DNA of 59,586 bases, the filler included, from Sluysia triapertura (taxonomy: Eukaryota): assembly GCA_046118255.1 (NCBI GenBank). It is 5 parts of 5 records of this genome, joined end to end, with 100 filler letters (N's around TTAATTAATTAA, not from the genome) between each part and the next. Parts side by side here need not be neighbours in the genome. Positions count along the whole stretch, not along the records: positions 13,113 to 25,056 come from JBJNIA010154160.1; positions 25,157 to 36,487 come from JBJNIA010185934.1; 3 more parts are not named here. One strand, 5' to 3'. Each line of letters starts with the position of its first letter. Positions within the stretch are counted from its first letter, which is position 1. Below the pieces are notes generated by a model. That model was given only the letters and a program-made list of their open reading frames with translations. It was not told the origin of the DNA and searched no databases. Position numbers and translations under genes: made by a program. Shown piece by piece: positions 13,013-25,215 of this stretch.

Positions 13013-13112
13013 NNNNNNNNNNNNNNNNNNNNNNNNNNNNNNNNNNNNNNNNNNNNTTAATTAATTAANNNNNNNNNNNNNNNNNNNNNNNNNNNNNNNN
13101 NNNNNNNNNNNN
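13013..13112. other. Assembly spacer N44-TTAATTAATTAA-N44
   Basis: Exactly 100 bp; a stop-in-all-six-frames linker, identical at four places. Confidence 0.97.
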
Positions 13113-13735
13113 TTAATGCATGAATGTTATGAATTGTTTGAGCTGATTGTGGAAATTTGTTATGTTAGAGATGGTTGAGGTATAAATTGATTTATTGGTG
13201 TATATAAGCTAGTGAGGTGTTGAGATTGTTAAATGTTGTTCTATGATGTTTGTGATGGTGTAATTGTGAAATAAAAGTATGACCGTTGGGAAAATTGTAT
13301 TTTAATGAAATTAGATTTATAATTATTAGGTTTAAATTTAAGTTATAAATGTTGAGCACTACAATTACTATTACTATCACTTGATTTTTTGTTATCTTTT
13401 ATTACATTGTATGCGAGCAATGTACTGTTAACACTAAAACTAAATTTTCATTGATTTCAAAAGTACAATAATTTTAGATTTTTTAACTACAATTTAGGCA
13501 ATGTAAAGAATTATTATAATAATGCGCAAATTGCAATTCTGAATTTTAGAAATGAACTTCATTATAGTTTAACTTATAAGTGACGTTATTTACCAAATGA
13601 AAATATTTTCATTTTTATACTTTTAGGTTACATTGAACTGTGTATTTTAAGATAATGTATATTGAAATAAAAATAATCGAATTTTTAATTAATTTCAAAT
13701 TTCTCCACTTTTCTAAAATTAAATTTTCTTTTTAG

Positions 13736-14120
13736 AGCGACGTGCTGCAGTTGTATGATGATGCTCCTAGTGTTTCTTATCCAAATATTACCCACATTTC
13801 TGTAAATCCCAATGTAACTGGTTCTGGGTTCGCAGCAGTTGTTTTTGATAATGGGATAGTGCATTTGATGCATTTTTGTGATTTAGAATTATCTTCATTG
13901 ATGAGGGATATTAGTATTTTGAGTATGGAATCTGAAGAACAAAATACTACTGTCATGCCACCAGTATTACCAATGCGAGATAAGAAGACAAGACGAATTA
14001 TTTGTCGTCTTGATGATGACAGTTCACTAGATAATTGTATAATCACTCCAACAAATAATAATAGTTCGATAATGTCATCATCTTCAATGAATAAAACTAC
14101 TCACGTAGTTGGTGTTAGTG
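13736..14120 (+). CDS. Unidentified protein, internal exon (beta-propeller/WD40-like stretch followed by a low-complexity region)
   Basis: Acceptor tttttag|13736. Reads SDVLQLYDDAPSVSYPNITHISVNPNVTGSGFAAVVFDNGIVHLMHF. Donor 14120|gtatga (phase 1) fits the acceptor at 15481. Confidence 0.7.
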
Positions 14121-14477
14121 GTATGATGCAAACAAGTTAGATCATTGATTTAGTTGTCTTGTGAAGTTTAATTAACATCTTTGGAAGTAAACTTTAATTT
14201 TCAATCCATATATGAGTACAAATGAAAAAATGATTTTTATATTTATAAGAATAAAATTTTTAAATATAATACAACGTTAAATGATAAAAATTTTAAATAA
14301 TAATCTTAAGATATATTAATTAAAATTCTATAACCTAAAAGAAACAGCTTTAAAGATGTATTAGTTTTTTCAGGAAAAAGCATAAAATCCAAAAATTAAG
14401 AAATATATCGAAAAATGCATTTAAGTTAAGAAAATGAGAATCAAAAATAGAATAATAAGAATATGATATGAAACTAG

Positions 14478-14710
14478 TCACGCTTAATTCGTGTGGAGGG
14501 ATAGCTTAGATCAATCGAAGCATTGCAAGAATGAAAAAAATATGATTTTAGTAAAATAGGAATGAATAATGTGTACTATTTAGCACCAGCAAATGCAACC
14601 TAATACATAAATTCTGAATGGTAGCATATAAATAAGTAATATGGGCAAATCAATATTGTAGAAAAAATTAACTAATATGTAGAAAATATTGACCATATTA
14701 TTACAAAAAT
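14478..14710 (+). mobile_element. Possible R4/Dong-like non-LTR retrotransposon relic (intronic)
   Basis: SRLIRVEG*LRSIE (cf. RLYxxRxEGGRGLxSIE) and QYCRK..VENIDHIIT (cf. the CRLC..ETIDHI zinc knuckle), in the expected order but heavily deleted. Confidence 0.4.
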
Positions 14711-15480
14711 TATTTATATGATAATGACTACAGAAAGAAATTGAAAAATCATAGAAAAATTATTAGAATAGAATTCAAAAAATTAGTGATCATAATATGA
14801 TGTTATTACTCATATAAAATGTGGTTTTCGGCTGATATGTTAATAAATTGTAATAACAAAACCGACATTTTTCCAGCGATTAATTTTCAACATCTTCGGG
14901 CAATTTTAAACTTTGCTCCAGTTTTCCTTGAGTAATATTGATTGATTATTTGCTGGTTATTGGTGATAGTTAATTCATTCCGAGTACTATTTGATAAACA
15001 TTGACATTGTATTGATTATTAGGCACGATGGCTAAACTTTATAAAATTATTACATCAAATTTAGTGTGGTCCATTTTTATGATATATCGATGTATTGTAT
15101 TTAAATTTTGATTCAGTGTACCTCAATGAATTAGTGCTTGATTTGTTATTTGAGTGTAAAAATTGAAAACTTTAGTTTAATTAATTAAAATTTGCACTTC
15201 TATCTTTACTGCTTTAATATAGGGACTAATCATAAGATAACTGATATGATAAAAATTATCTGATATAATTTTAGAGCTATACGTTTACAATAATTTGAGT
15301 TATAAAGTAAAATATGGAATTTTTAATATTATTCAAGTAAAAAAGTTATGTAAATTTATCTTTCACGTACGTCGTACTTCAATAATAAATATAATACTAA
15401 ATTTAAAATATTTTGTATTTTTAAATCATTAATAAGTTTTATAATGTCAATTTTTTATTGACAATTATTGTTATGAACAG

Positions 15481-15936
15481 ATTACCTAGGAGATAGTCTT
15501 AAACGTCCATCTAGTCGCCGTTTAGAACTTGATGAAATGGAACAGTTTGATAAGATGATGGAAGCAGATAGAGTAGAGCGAGAACGTGAAGCTGCAGCAG
15601 CACTCTATCCATTGCAGCATCTAGAATCAGCATCTGGTACTAACACATCTGGAACTACTGGTGGTCCTGTCGGTAGTACCGGTAGTAATAGTTCTGTTCG
15701 TATCAATCATCATCATCAACAGCAGCAGTTATATCAACAACAAAATGTAGCTCGTAGTGGGGTTCTTAATCGCAATTTGAATACAAAACCATTGTACTAT
15801 AATGGTAATACTACAGGAACAGGTAATGCACCTGGAGGTAGTGGTGATGATGATCTTAATATTGACTATTACGTAACAGATCAGCAAACGGGTCAGCAAC
15901 AAAAATTGATTAAATTACAGCCTACTATTACAACAG
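15481..15936 (+). CDS. Same gene, low-complexity (Q/H/G/T/N-rich) exon
   Basis: gaacag|ATTACC...ACAACAG|gttaaa; open frame (D)YLGDSLKRPSSRRLELDEMEQFDK...; phase 1 at both ends. Confidence 0.8.
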
Positions 15937-16837
15937 GTTAAATTTTTTTAATATAAATGTTAAAAAGAAAAAATGAAATCAATATAATATAAAAACGGTA
16001 AACACATTAATATATTAACTTTTAATTAAAACATTGTTTTTGGAATATTTTATCGGGTACTTATTATATTCAACTTTACAGATTTGTAGTTTGATACTTT
16101 TATGACTTTGTTCTTACACTGAATTAAATAAAGGTAGAAGGTAATCTATTAAGATTAAATTAAGGACAGAAGCTGGTCTTTTGTGGAAATTATGCGGACA
16201 AAGTATAATCCTCAAAACATTTAATTGAAGAAAAAGCTTCAATATCTATATGCAATAGAGAAACCTTTTTAGTGGTACTGTATGTTATGAAACACGAATT
16301 ATGATGCATTTTTATGAAACATTGAACTGAACTAAAACTGTAAATCTCACTGTCTTTATATACTAAACTTTTGCCATTATGAGTTATTTGTTCTCACAAT
16401 TTGAAATGTTTTATGTAAGATAGAGTTATCTATAGTTGTATTGACTAAGAGAGAGGCAATGTTAAATGAAAGTATTGATTGTGAATTTTATTATAAAGTG
16501 CTTGTCAAACTTGCCTTTATAGTTGATGCCGTTATTAAATAAAAAAATCGGTGGCAAACAAATGGAAAGTAAAGTAAAATGTCTTTCTTAGTGATGTTCA
16601 GCTGTAATTTGTAAAACTATTTTTTGTAAATTTAATATCTTTAATAATTAGATTATGTATCTACAAAGTACACATGCTCTTCGTAATCAAAGATAGTTCT
16701 GACTTTTGCATTTCACCAAAAAATATAAAATTCTAAAACTTTCCATAATAGACAAAGGTTTAATATTTAATGCTTTAAAAGAAATTTTTGTTTATTAATT
16801 TTAAATATTGTAACATTTACATTACTTTCTTTAACAG

Positions 16838-17155
16838 GAGTTCCTCGTACTTATATTCAGCAGCAGCAACAACGACCAGCAATAATTGTACGACAAGGAC
16901 ATCAAGTGCATTATCCTCAAATACCATGCCCATCAATTCGCATTATCAAATATCCAACTGTTCCCGGAAGTAATGTAGTTTCTGATGGATCCAATCAGGA
17001 TCGTTCATCAATAATTAATGCAAATACCAATGTACCTATTTCTACAAGTGCTTCTACTACATCTATTAAACAACCTATTATCATTAAATCAAGTACTTCA
17101 AAATCAATTATGAGCCAAAAGAATAATCCTATCAAAATTATCTCTCAATCTAGTG
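16838..17155 (+). CDS. Same gene, Q/S/T/I-rich exon
   Basis: ttaacag|GAGTTCC...TCTAGTG|gtaaat; (G)VPRTYIQQQQQRPAIIVRQ...; phase 1 at both ends. Confidence 0.8.
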
Positions 17156-17194
17156 GTAAATTTTGGTAAATTATTTAATTATTTTTTTACATAG

Positions 17195-17568
17195 GTAGTA
17201 GTGGAGTGCAATATCGACAGCCTACAATTGTATATACATCACGACCAACTAATAATCCCGTTGTGCGGCAAATAATCAATCCTAATTCATCCGGAAGTGG
17301 TGGTGGAGCTGTTACTACAATTACCACAACTAATTCGGCTAACACTAGACATAATATAACTGGTGGAGTTGTTAGTACTCATAATGTAACAGCTTCTCAT
17401 GTAATTCAAGCAAATGTTGATGAAGAAGGTATTCATGAAGAAGTGGTGGTAGACAATCAGCATCATCACCCACATCATGGAGATCATGGCATTAATATGG
17501 ATGATGGTGGACTAGATATGAATACAGTAGAAGTTACTACGATGGAAGATACTTCAAATTCAGGATAA
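17195..17568 (+). CDS. Same gene, terminal exon (T/G/H-rich, acidic C-terminus)
   Basis: tttacatag|GTAGTAGTGGAGTG, in frame with ORF 17206..17568; stop TAA. Confidence 0.8.
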
Positions 17569-18385
17569 ATGAAATTATAAAAGAGGATATCATATTTATA
17601 AAAAGGTGTCATGATAATTTCTTTTCAAAACTATTTTATACTTTGATACATAAAATAGAATATTTGCATAAAAATTGCATTTTTTGAATTTAGATTACTA
17701 TTTTATTTTAAAGACACATTTATGATACCATTACTCAAAATTAAATGAAAGCCTTTAGCTGTTATAAAATCATTATATATAACATATCATTGAAATCTTT
17801 TTACATTTATGCATCTTAAAATAATTTATCTTGACTTAATTTTTAATCTTTAATATTTAAGGTAATTTCGTAGTAATACACCGTCATTTAAAACAATGTT
17901 CTGCTAGAATGTGTTTAATTTTTAATTTGATTATTTTGGAAATTATATATTCAAAATAATTTAATTTCTGTGTTAAGTGAGATGCGTAATTTTAATATTT
18001 AAATTGCAATTATTCGCATGTTCTGAAACCTTTTTAGCAGAATTTGAGTCCCCAAAAGAGACATTGTTAATTATTAGGTCAAAATCAACATTTTAATATG
18101 ATACATAAAACAATGCAGTATTTTCCAAAAATTATTGAAGTCTTGAGTATATCGAAAGTAGTTATTTAATAACAGATACGTTATTTTTATTTATTCAAAT
18201 TGAATTTAATTTTAGAATTTGGTGTTTATTAAAAAGTAAAATTTGTGAAGAGAAAATTTTCGCTTACATAAGACTGATTTAAGATTTGATTTTATAATAC
18301 TTATACTTTAATAGAGTTATTAAATATTCATGGATATCTAAATGGTGTATTACGTTGTATAGCTGTAGCCACATAAACACATTAC

Positions 18386-18418
<33 letters not shown>

Positions 18419-19288
18419 ATATTGTCATGTTTATAAGTATTTTGTTATTTTGTTAATACATTTAAATTATAAATCGAAAATGTGTTAATGTAATTAATTT
18501 AAGGAAATTGAGAAAATAATTTAGTGTTAGATATACTAAACTTTGTTAATCGTTCATATTTATTTTCGAAACAATCTTGTTAAGTTTTTACAATTGAGGG
18601 AATTAATTTTTTATTAGAAATAAATTACATGGCTATCGCATTAAGTAACCATCTTAATGAAAATGCATTTTTATAATAATAATAATGTTCTAATGCAATA
18701 TTTTAAAAAATTTTGTATAGAAGTTAACATTAGAAAAATTTTTTAATGGTTATCGTATAAACTTTTTAAAATGTGTGATTGGGAGGTAAATACGTGAGCC
18801 ATGTTGGGCTAATGAGGATACTGCAACAGATTTCGCGATTGAGGTGGAATTTTAATGACCAGTGGTTGGGTGTAACAAAAATGTCTGCTACATTTTATGC
18901 TTGCCTGAATTTATATTGTGGCTATAAAATAAATGTTATCAATTATGCAAACAATTTCCAAAAACGAACTTATAGAATGAGTTTAACTTAATTTTGGACT
19001 CGCTTGTAGTAAATAAATGTTTTGAACTTGTATTTTGCCTGGGTAAACTATAATGAATCTTACATCTACTAAGATTTAGGACTGAAATTTGATTAATTTA
19101 AAATATTTATGTTTATTAAAATTATCATTTCTCCCGAAAAAAATACGGATTAGTTTTATATATATGCGTTATGTTGCTATCATAAGCCTCTAAAATTTTG
19201 TAAAATCTAAAATCATTTAAAAGTTCTTTAAAATTGCTTAGCAAGAGATTTTTCTAAAGAGAATAAAAGCCTCTAGAATGTTATAGAG

Positions 19289-19953
19289 CAGGGATGGCGA
19301 ATCTTTTTTGATGTACGTGCTACAAAATCAAAAAATTCTTTTTTAAATAGTTAACATGCCACGATAAAATGTTAGCGTGGTGAAACTAAACGTAAGTATA
19401 ATTAAATAAACAAATAAAAGCAATTCTTATTTAAACAATTTTTTTATTAATCAATGTTTTTACAAAAAGCAATATGTTAGAAACAAAAACAATTGTGATT
19501 TTTGTACACAAGATGATAAAGATTTAATATCTGGTTCATATCTAGTTAATTTCAACACTACGCATGCAGAGCTCGACTAATCCGTCAAAGACGACGGTTT
19601 ACTAAAAATGACTAATGTAGTCTGTCGTCTGATTCGAGCGCTGCGATGGCAACAACATGCAATAACATTAAAAGATGAAACTGGATACGCAAAAAATTTA
19701 TCTAATGCGCATCTTTATATACTTCGAGAGAATTCATGCGATATTTTAATAATAAAATGTATAATTTGAAGGTTCTAGTTAACATACTAAAATAAGTATT
19801 CAGTACTACAAATTTATATCATAAATTATTAATTAAGTATAGATTAATAATTTTTAATTCATTTCTATCAAAAAAGATAACTTATTAAAAAAAATAATTC
19901 TTTTTGTGCGTGCCATCAAAACTTTCAAACGTGCCATAGGTTCACCATCCCTA
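19289..19953 (-). mobile_element. Non-autonomous hAT (Charlie/Buster/SPIN-type) DNA transposon
   Basis: TIRs CAGGGATGGCGAA / TTCACCATCCCTA and a degenerate 8-bp TSD (ttatagag / gtatagac). Internal minus-strand peptide LTD*SSSACVVLKLTRYEPDIKSL resembles the hAT dimerisation-domain C-terminus. Confidence 0.85.
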
Positions 19954-22900
19954 GTATAGACTGAATGGAAATAAAATCAAAAATTTATGCTCTTTCCAAT
20001 TCTGTAGACATCAAATATCGTGTTTAACAGAGTTATATATTATGAATGACATTATTTTGTTTAAGCATTAATATTCTTAAAATTAATTTTAAAATCAGAG
20101 ACTATGAATTCCCCCGTTTTTGGCCTATGAGATAATTTAGTGTTGACAAATGCAACACGCAAACAATTCGCAATCAAGTTGAATATGTTTGTCGAATATG
20201 TAAAAAATTGATTTAAACATGATATTTTACATTTATAAGTGGCATTTGGTGAAATTAAAATGTGCCAATAGCATTCTAGATTTAAAAAATCTCTGTTACA
20301 GAAGAAGAATGTAAAATGCAACGTAGATGCAAAATTACAGCCTATTAATTGTTTAGTACATTAATCGCCAAAATCTGATAAATCGATTATGTCTATAGAC
20401 AGTGAAACTAATTATATTTTTGATCATACTATTGAATTTGTAGAATCAGTAAAATAAAAGATTTAGTAAGAATAGAATTATCTGACAAAAGTTTAATTAT
20501 TCTAGTTGAAATTTCTTATTCATGCTTTTATGATTTCGTTAAATTTTTTTTTAAAAATCATATCGAATTATCAGAATCTAACTTTTTTAACGTATCAGTG
20601 GTAAGATAATAGTAACACAGTTCTAAATGTAGAAACATGTGCATCTTACGTAATTCAAATGAACTCTTTAATGTCTCAGGACAAATAATAAGAAAATAAG
20701 TTAGTGTTAGTCATTGTCTTATTCTTTTTTCGTATTGTAATAAAAATTTGTTTTATTTAGGGTTAGCTGCTCTACAAATAGGCGCTGCACTTTGTAGCCA
20801 TTTAAATTAAAAGTAAAGTGTTAAAAGTTAATTTTAACTTTTTATTGTAATGGCCTTAAGCTGATAACTGAACTTTTAAAATGTATTAAAGTAACATTGC
20901 CATTATATTTAATTAAGTTTAAATTTAGAGATAATTTCTACTAAAGGCAAGAAATAATACTTTAAATTAAATAATCCAAAAAACCTAAAAACTGTAACTG
21001 TGTTAAGTTTTGCTCTTGGCTTCAAACCTCGGTCAATTATGTTTATGAAATTTGGGTCCCTGATGAAGTTCGTTTTTTGGAAATTATTTCGAATTTTTAT
21101 GAGAATGGGGAACAGAAATGTCAACTATTTAAAAATACAATACACATAAGACAATATTAACATTACTGAGGAGACATCAATGAATTAATCTATGATATAT
21201 TAACCATTCTCATTTTTGTGATTTATATATTCTAACTTAATACATTAACTGCCAAATCTTTTTTGAATCTTTGATGGAAAAGGTATTCATGTGCTTGATG
21301 AAATCATTTAAAATAACAAAAGACTATGTAAGATATATTTGTTTATGTATGGTATTTAATTATAGTATAAAAACCAAACCAAAAATATCATGCTTCAATT
21401 ATGATAATTTTTTTGATTTTCAAATTTTGGAAATAAACAAAACAATATTCATTGATATTTACAAAGTGACGATAAAATTCCAAAATGCTCAAAATGGTTA
21501 ATATATTTGTTTATTTTCAAAAATTAATTTTTATAATAAATTTAACAATTTTTGTATCATTGTATTTAGATTCATTTTGACTGGGATCTTCATCGCTTAA
21601 TATCGTCTCAGTTTGTCATTCCTACACGAGATACTGTATCTTATGTTAATTATGAGAAAGTTATTTCGTTTATAGGTGCTATTGCTAAAAGTAATCATAC
21701 AAAACTTGACAAAAGGTATGCTTAAATTTATATTTGGTCAACATTTCTTAATTATTAAATACTTTCATTTATTTTTCTGCATAAATTTCTCCTTTTTATT
21801 TTTCATTAATTTCTGACTTGCTGGTATACTTCGTCGTGAACTTATGCATGCAAAGGACGTCTTCTGGTGAATCAGAAAAATACCGACTAACTCGACATAT
21901 AAAACCTCTAGGAAGAAACAATACAAATTGTTGCCTACAAATACAAACATCATACTTATGACACCCACTCTCTGGCACAAATATGCTAAATACGTATTTT
22001 TACGTGACCCGCGCTCCAGTGACAGACTGTGCAAAACGTGTAAAAGTAGATTTATTGATATTATTTTGTTGATACTAATTTTCCATAAACATATGATCAT
22101 CATATTCTATTTAGTTTCCCAATTATAGGGCCATTTTCATGGCTAACAGTCAATTTCATTCTGTATTGTAACCTAGAACATACAATTTACTCAAGTATAT
22201 CCATACAGGTGTTCGTTTTATCAGCACTTTTTTCCTTCTTCATAGTTGAATTCCAATAATTGTTTTCTTTTTTTGAAGTATTTTTCCAGTTTTCAGATAT
22301 TTTAAGCTTTTCTTCGTAATTATTTCAAAATCAATACTAAATTATTTATTACAAAATAAATTTTATTATTCCCAATGATATCTTTATACAAAGTCTTATT
22401 CTTCTTACTTATGAAGCATTTGAATTTTGCTACAGTACATTCATATATTTTTATTCCAAGCATTACATAATGCCTGAAACTACATTTGAAACTTCCAACA
22501 TAAACTTAAAATACTGTCTTAACTTTGAAACTATCCAATATCAAAAGCACAATTGGTTTTTTAGTTTCGTAAATGTTTACAAACTAATGTTACGCAAAGA
22601 TCCAATTATGGAAATAGTTACACAAATTTCTGCAAATTCATTATGAAGATCATAGTGAAATGATATAATAATTTGATTTGTTGTTTGAAATAATGTAAAA
22701 TTAATACAGTAAAACAAATATCAGATAACAGTGATGATGTATGAGATATTTATATGTAACTAAATTATTAATTTCCCTTTATTTCAATTCAGTAACGATC
22801 AACCGCTTGACTCCGCCGCTGTTAACAATGACTACAATTATGGTTACAATTTGCAGACAAAACCTCACTATTATTACGAGACTGACAGCAGCAACAATGA

Positions 22901-24348
22901 AGATTTTGTTGATGAAAGGTTAAAATTGTTTCTCATAAAAACTATTGTACAGGAAATAGGTTTTCCTATTTTTTGAAACAATAAATTTGCATTTGATGAA
23001 TAATTGTCGACAAAATTGTTGCTTTTAATTTTAATTTTATATCAAAATGAATACTTAAAATATGTGTTATGTGGTATAAATTTCAACTATTGTGTTTATT
23101 GACTTTTTAATAACTTAATATTAACAGCTCCACTAAACAATTCTTTTAACATTGCTTTTTGAGTTAATAAAAAAAATTTAATAAAAATATCAATCAAATG
23201 ATTTTTATTTATTTATTACAACGATCATGACTGAACATAAACTTGGAAATGTTTGACATTTTGAAGTGCTTATCAATTTTGTTTCAAATATACTTTGATT
23301 TCTTAGATGATATATTATATGATTATTAGATGATATATATAATACCCAACAGAAAATAAGTAACATAAGTAATATATTAATTTATATAGTGTACTCAAAA
23401 GTGCTTATAATTGTGTCATTGTAGCCGTTTCTGTTAAAAATCTGAACAAAAAGGCAGTTTTGATACATCAAACTTAATTTATTAATGATCAAATGCATAC
23501 AATACATCAAAATGAAAATTATCAATAAAATTATCCCTACATATGTCATTTGAATAGAACATATGTACAAAACATAGATATTCATGGTTACCATGATTGC
23601 ACCTAGAAACCCAACTCTGATTTTAAAGAAATTTTCAAAAACTTTCCCGTGGATATACCTAATAATTTCCCAAACTTCACGGCGATTGGATCTATTGATT
23701 ACAGAGAGATTGTAATATTTTAACGATTTCAATTTATATTTATGTGGTGATTTATTTATTATTTAATTTTAATTTTTATATATTTAACGTGGTTTAAGTA
23801 ATAGTTTTTATTTTGACTATTATTATTAAATTATTATTTATTTTAATTATTTTATTTTGTTTAAATATTATTATACATTTTATTTGTTAGCTTTTATTAT
23901 TATAATATTAATTATCATTTTATTTGAATATTGTGAAAAAATAAGTCTAAAAATAGAATGCCTAAAAATATCTTTTAGGCGTCATAATCTAATTGGTCGA
24001 GAACTATAAATAGATTAAGCGAAATGTGGTAAACAACACAGTAACAATTTTTATGATTTTAATTTTTAATCAAGAAGATTAATATTATTTTAATTCTGGA
24101 AATTTTTGAAAGGAGATCTTTTGAAAGAGAAACTTATAAAACTAATCGTTAGTTTTTCATTTTTGAGATCGAATTTAATTATTATATAAGACATCTACTC
24201 AAATTAAAGTTAAAATTTTGTAAATTTTTATACTATGTAAATTTATTTCTAAAGTTATTGCAACACATTTTAATTATTGAAATTAATATTAATAAAACGA
24301 ATCTTTTAATAATATTTTATTAAAATTAACACTATAATATCTTGTATA

Positions 24349-24800
24349 GATACCTTATAAAAGTCGTAATTTAGCAATATCAAATTTCTGTAACAAACAT
24401 TAAGTATAAAATTAATTGAAGCAACACTGTTAAATAATATTTTACGATATTATATTTTACAATTCATGGACACCTTATAAAAGTCATAATTCTGTAAATT
24501 TGTGTAAGATTAATTATAAAATTAACAATTGATACTTAATATTTTGAATTTTTGAATCATTTTTGTATTTTTAATAAACCATTAAAGTTTTATTATTTTG
24601 TCGGACAATTTTTGATTCAGAATTTTTCTATCTTGTAATATCGTTTGATTTTATAATCAATTGTACTATTAAGCAACATTTACTTTATAGTTCTTTTAAT
24701 ATCATTGCATTTTATTGTAATCAATTATACTGTTAATTTATTAACATTTACATCATAGTTCTTTTAATGTCGTTTGATTTTATTATAAATTAAATGTACA
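24349..24800. repeat. Two small direct-repeat sets (120-bp period x2; ~60-69-bp period x3)
   Basis: ga(t/c)accttataaaagtc(g/a)taatt at 24349 and 24469; taat(a/g)tc(g/a)tt...tttat...aat units at 24636, 24696 and 24765. Confidence 0.7.
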
Positions 24801-25056
24801 ATCAATATTTGTCTTGTGGTTAATAAAGGTATTTTAAAAGTTATTTGTTATTATAATAATAATAATTATTATTATTGTACCTAAATAAGAAGATATAAAA
24901 AAACCTTTTAATCCAAAGTGAATAAGAGAGAGACTCATAAAATCAATTTGACTTCCAATTATCTTTATACTCATTTTCACGCTGCAAATCTATGTGCTGG
25001 TCATTTAGTGAGTAAGTCCATTATCATAGAGAATTCACGAGCAAAAAGATAAACTA

Positions 25057-25156
25057 NNNNNNNNNNNNNNNNNNNNNNNNNNNNNNNNNNNNNNNNNNNN
25101 TTAATTAATTAANNNNNNNNNNNNNNNNNNNNNNNNNNNNNNNNNNNNNNNNNNNN
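25057..25156. other. Assembly spacer N44-TTAATTAATTAA-N44
   Basis: Identical 100-bp linker, followed by (AAT)n. Confidence 0.97.

Positions 25157-25215
<59 letters not shown>
25157..25215. repeat. (AAT)n microsatellite at the contig start
   Basis: Directly visible. Confidence 0.95.

Noticed and set aside
13057-13068. Palindromic TTAATTAATTAA recurring about every 11-12 kb, as a possible biological periodic signal
   Set aside because: Always centred in exactly 44+44 Ns, so it is a synthetic scaffold linker.
18779-19050. Possible LTR-retrotransposon RNase H end on the minus strand (SGKH..NVADIF)
   Set aside because: A single short, frameshifted motif is not enough to call.
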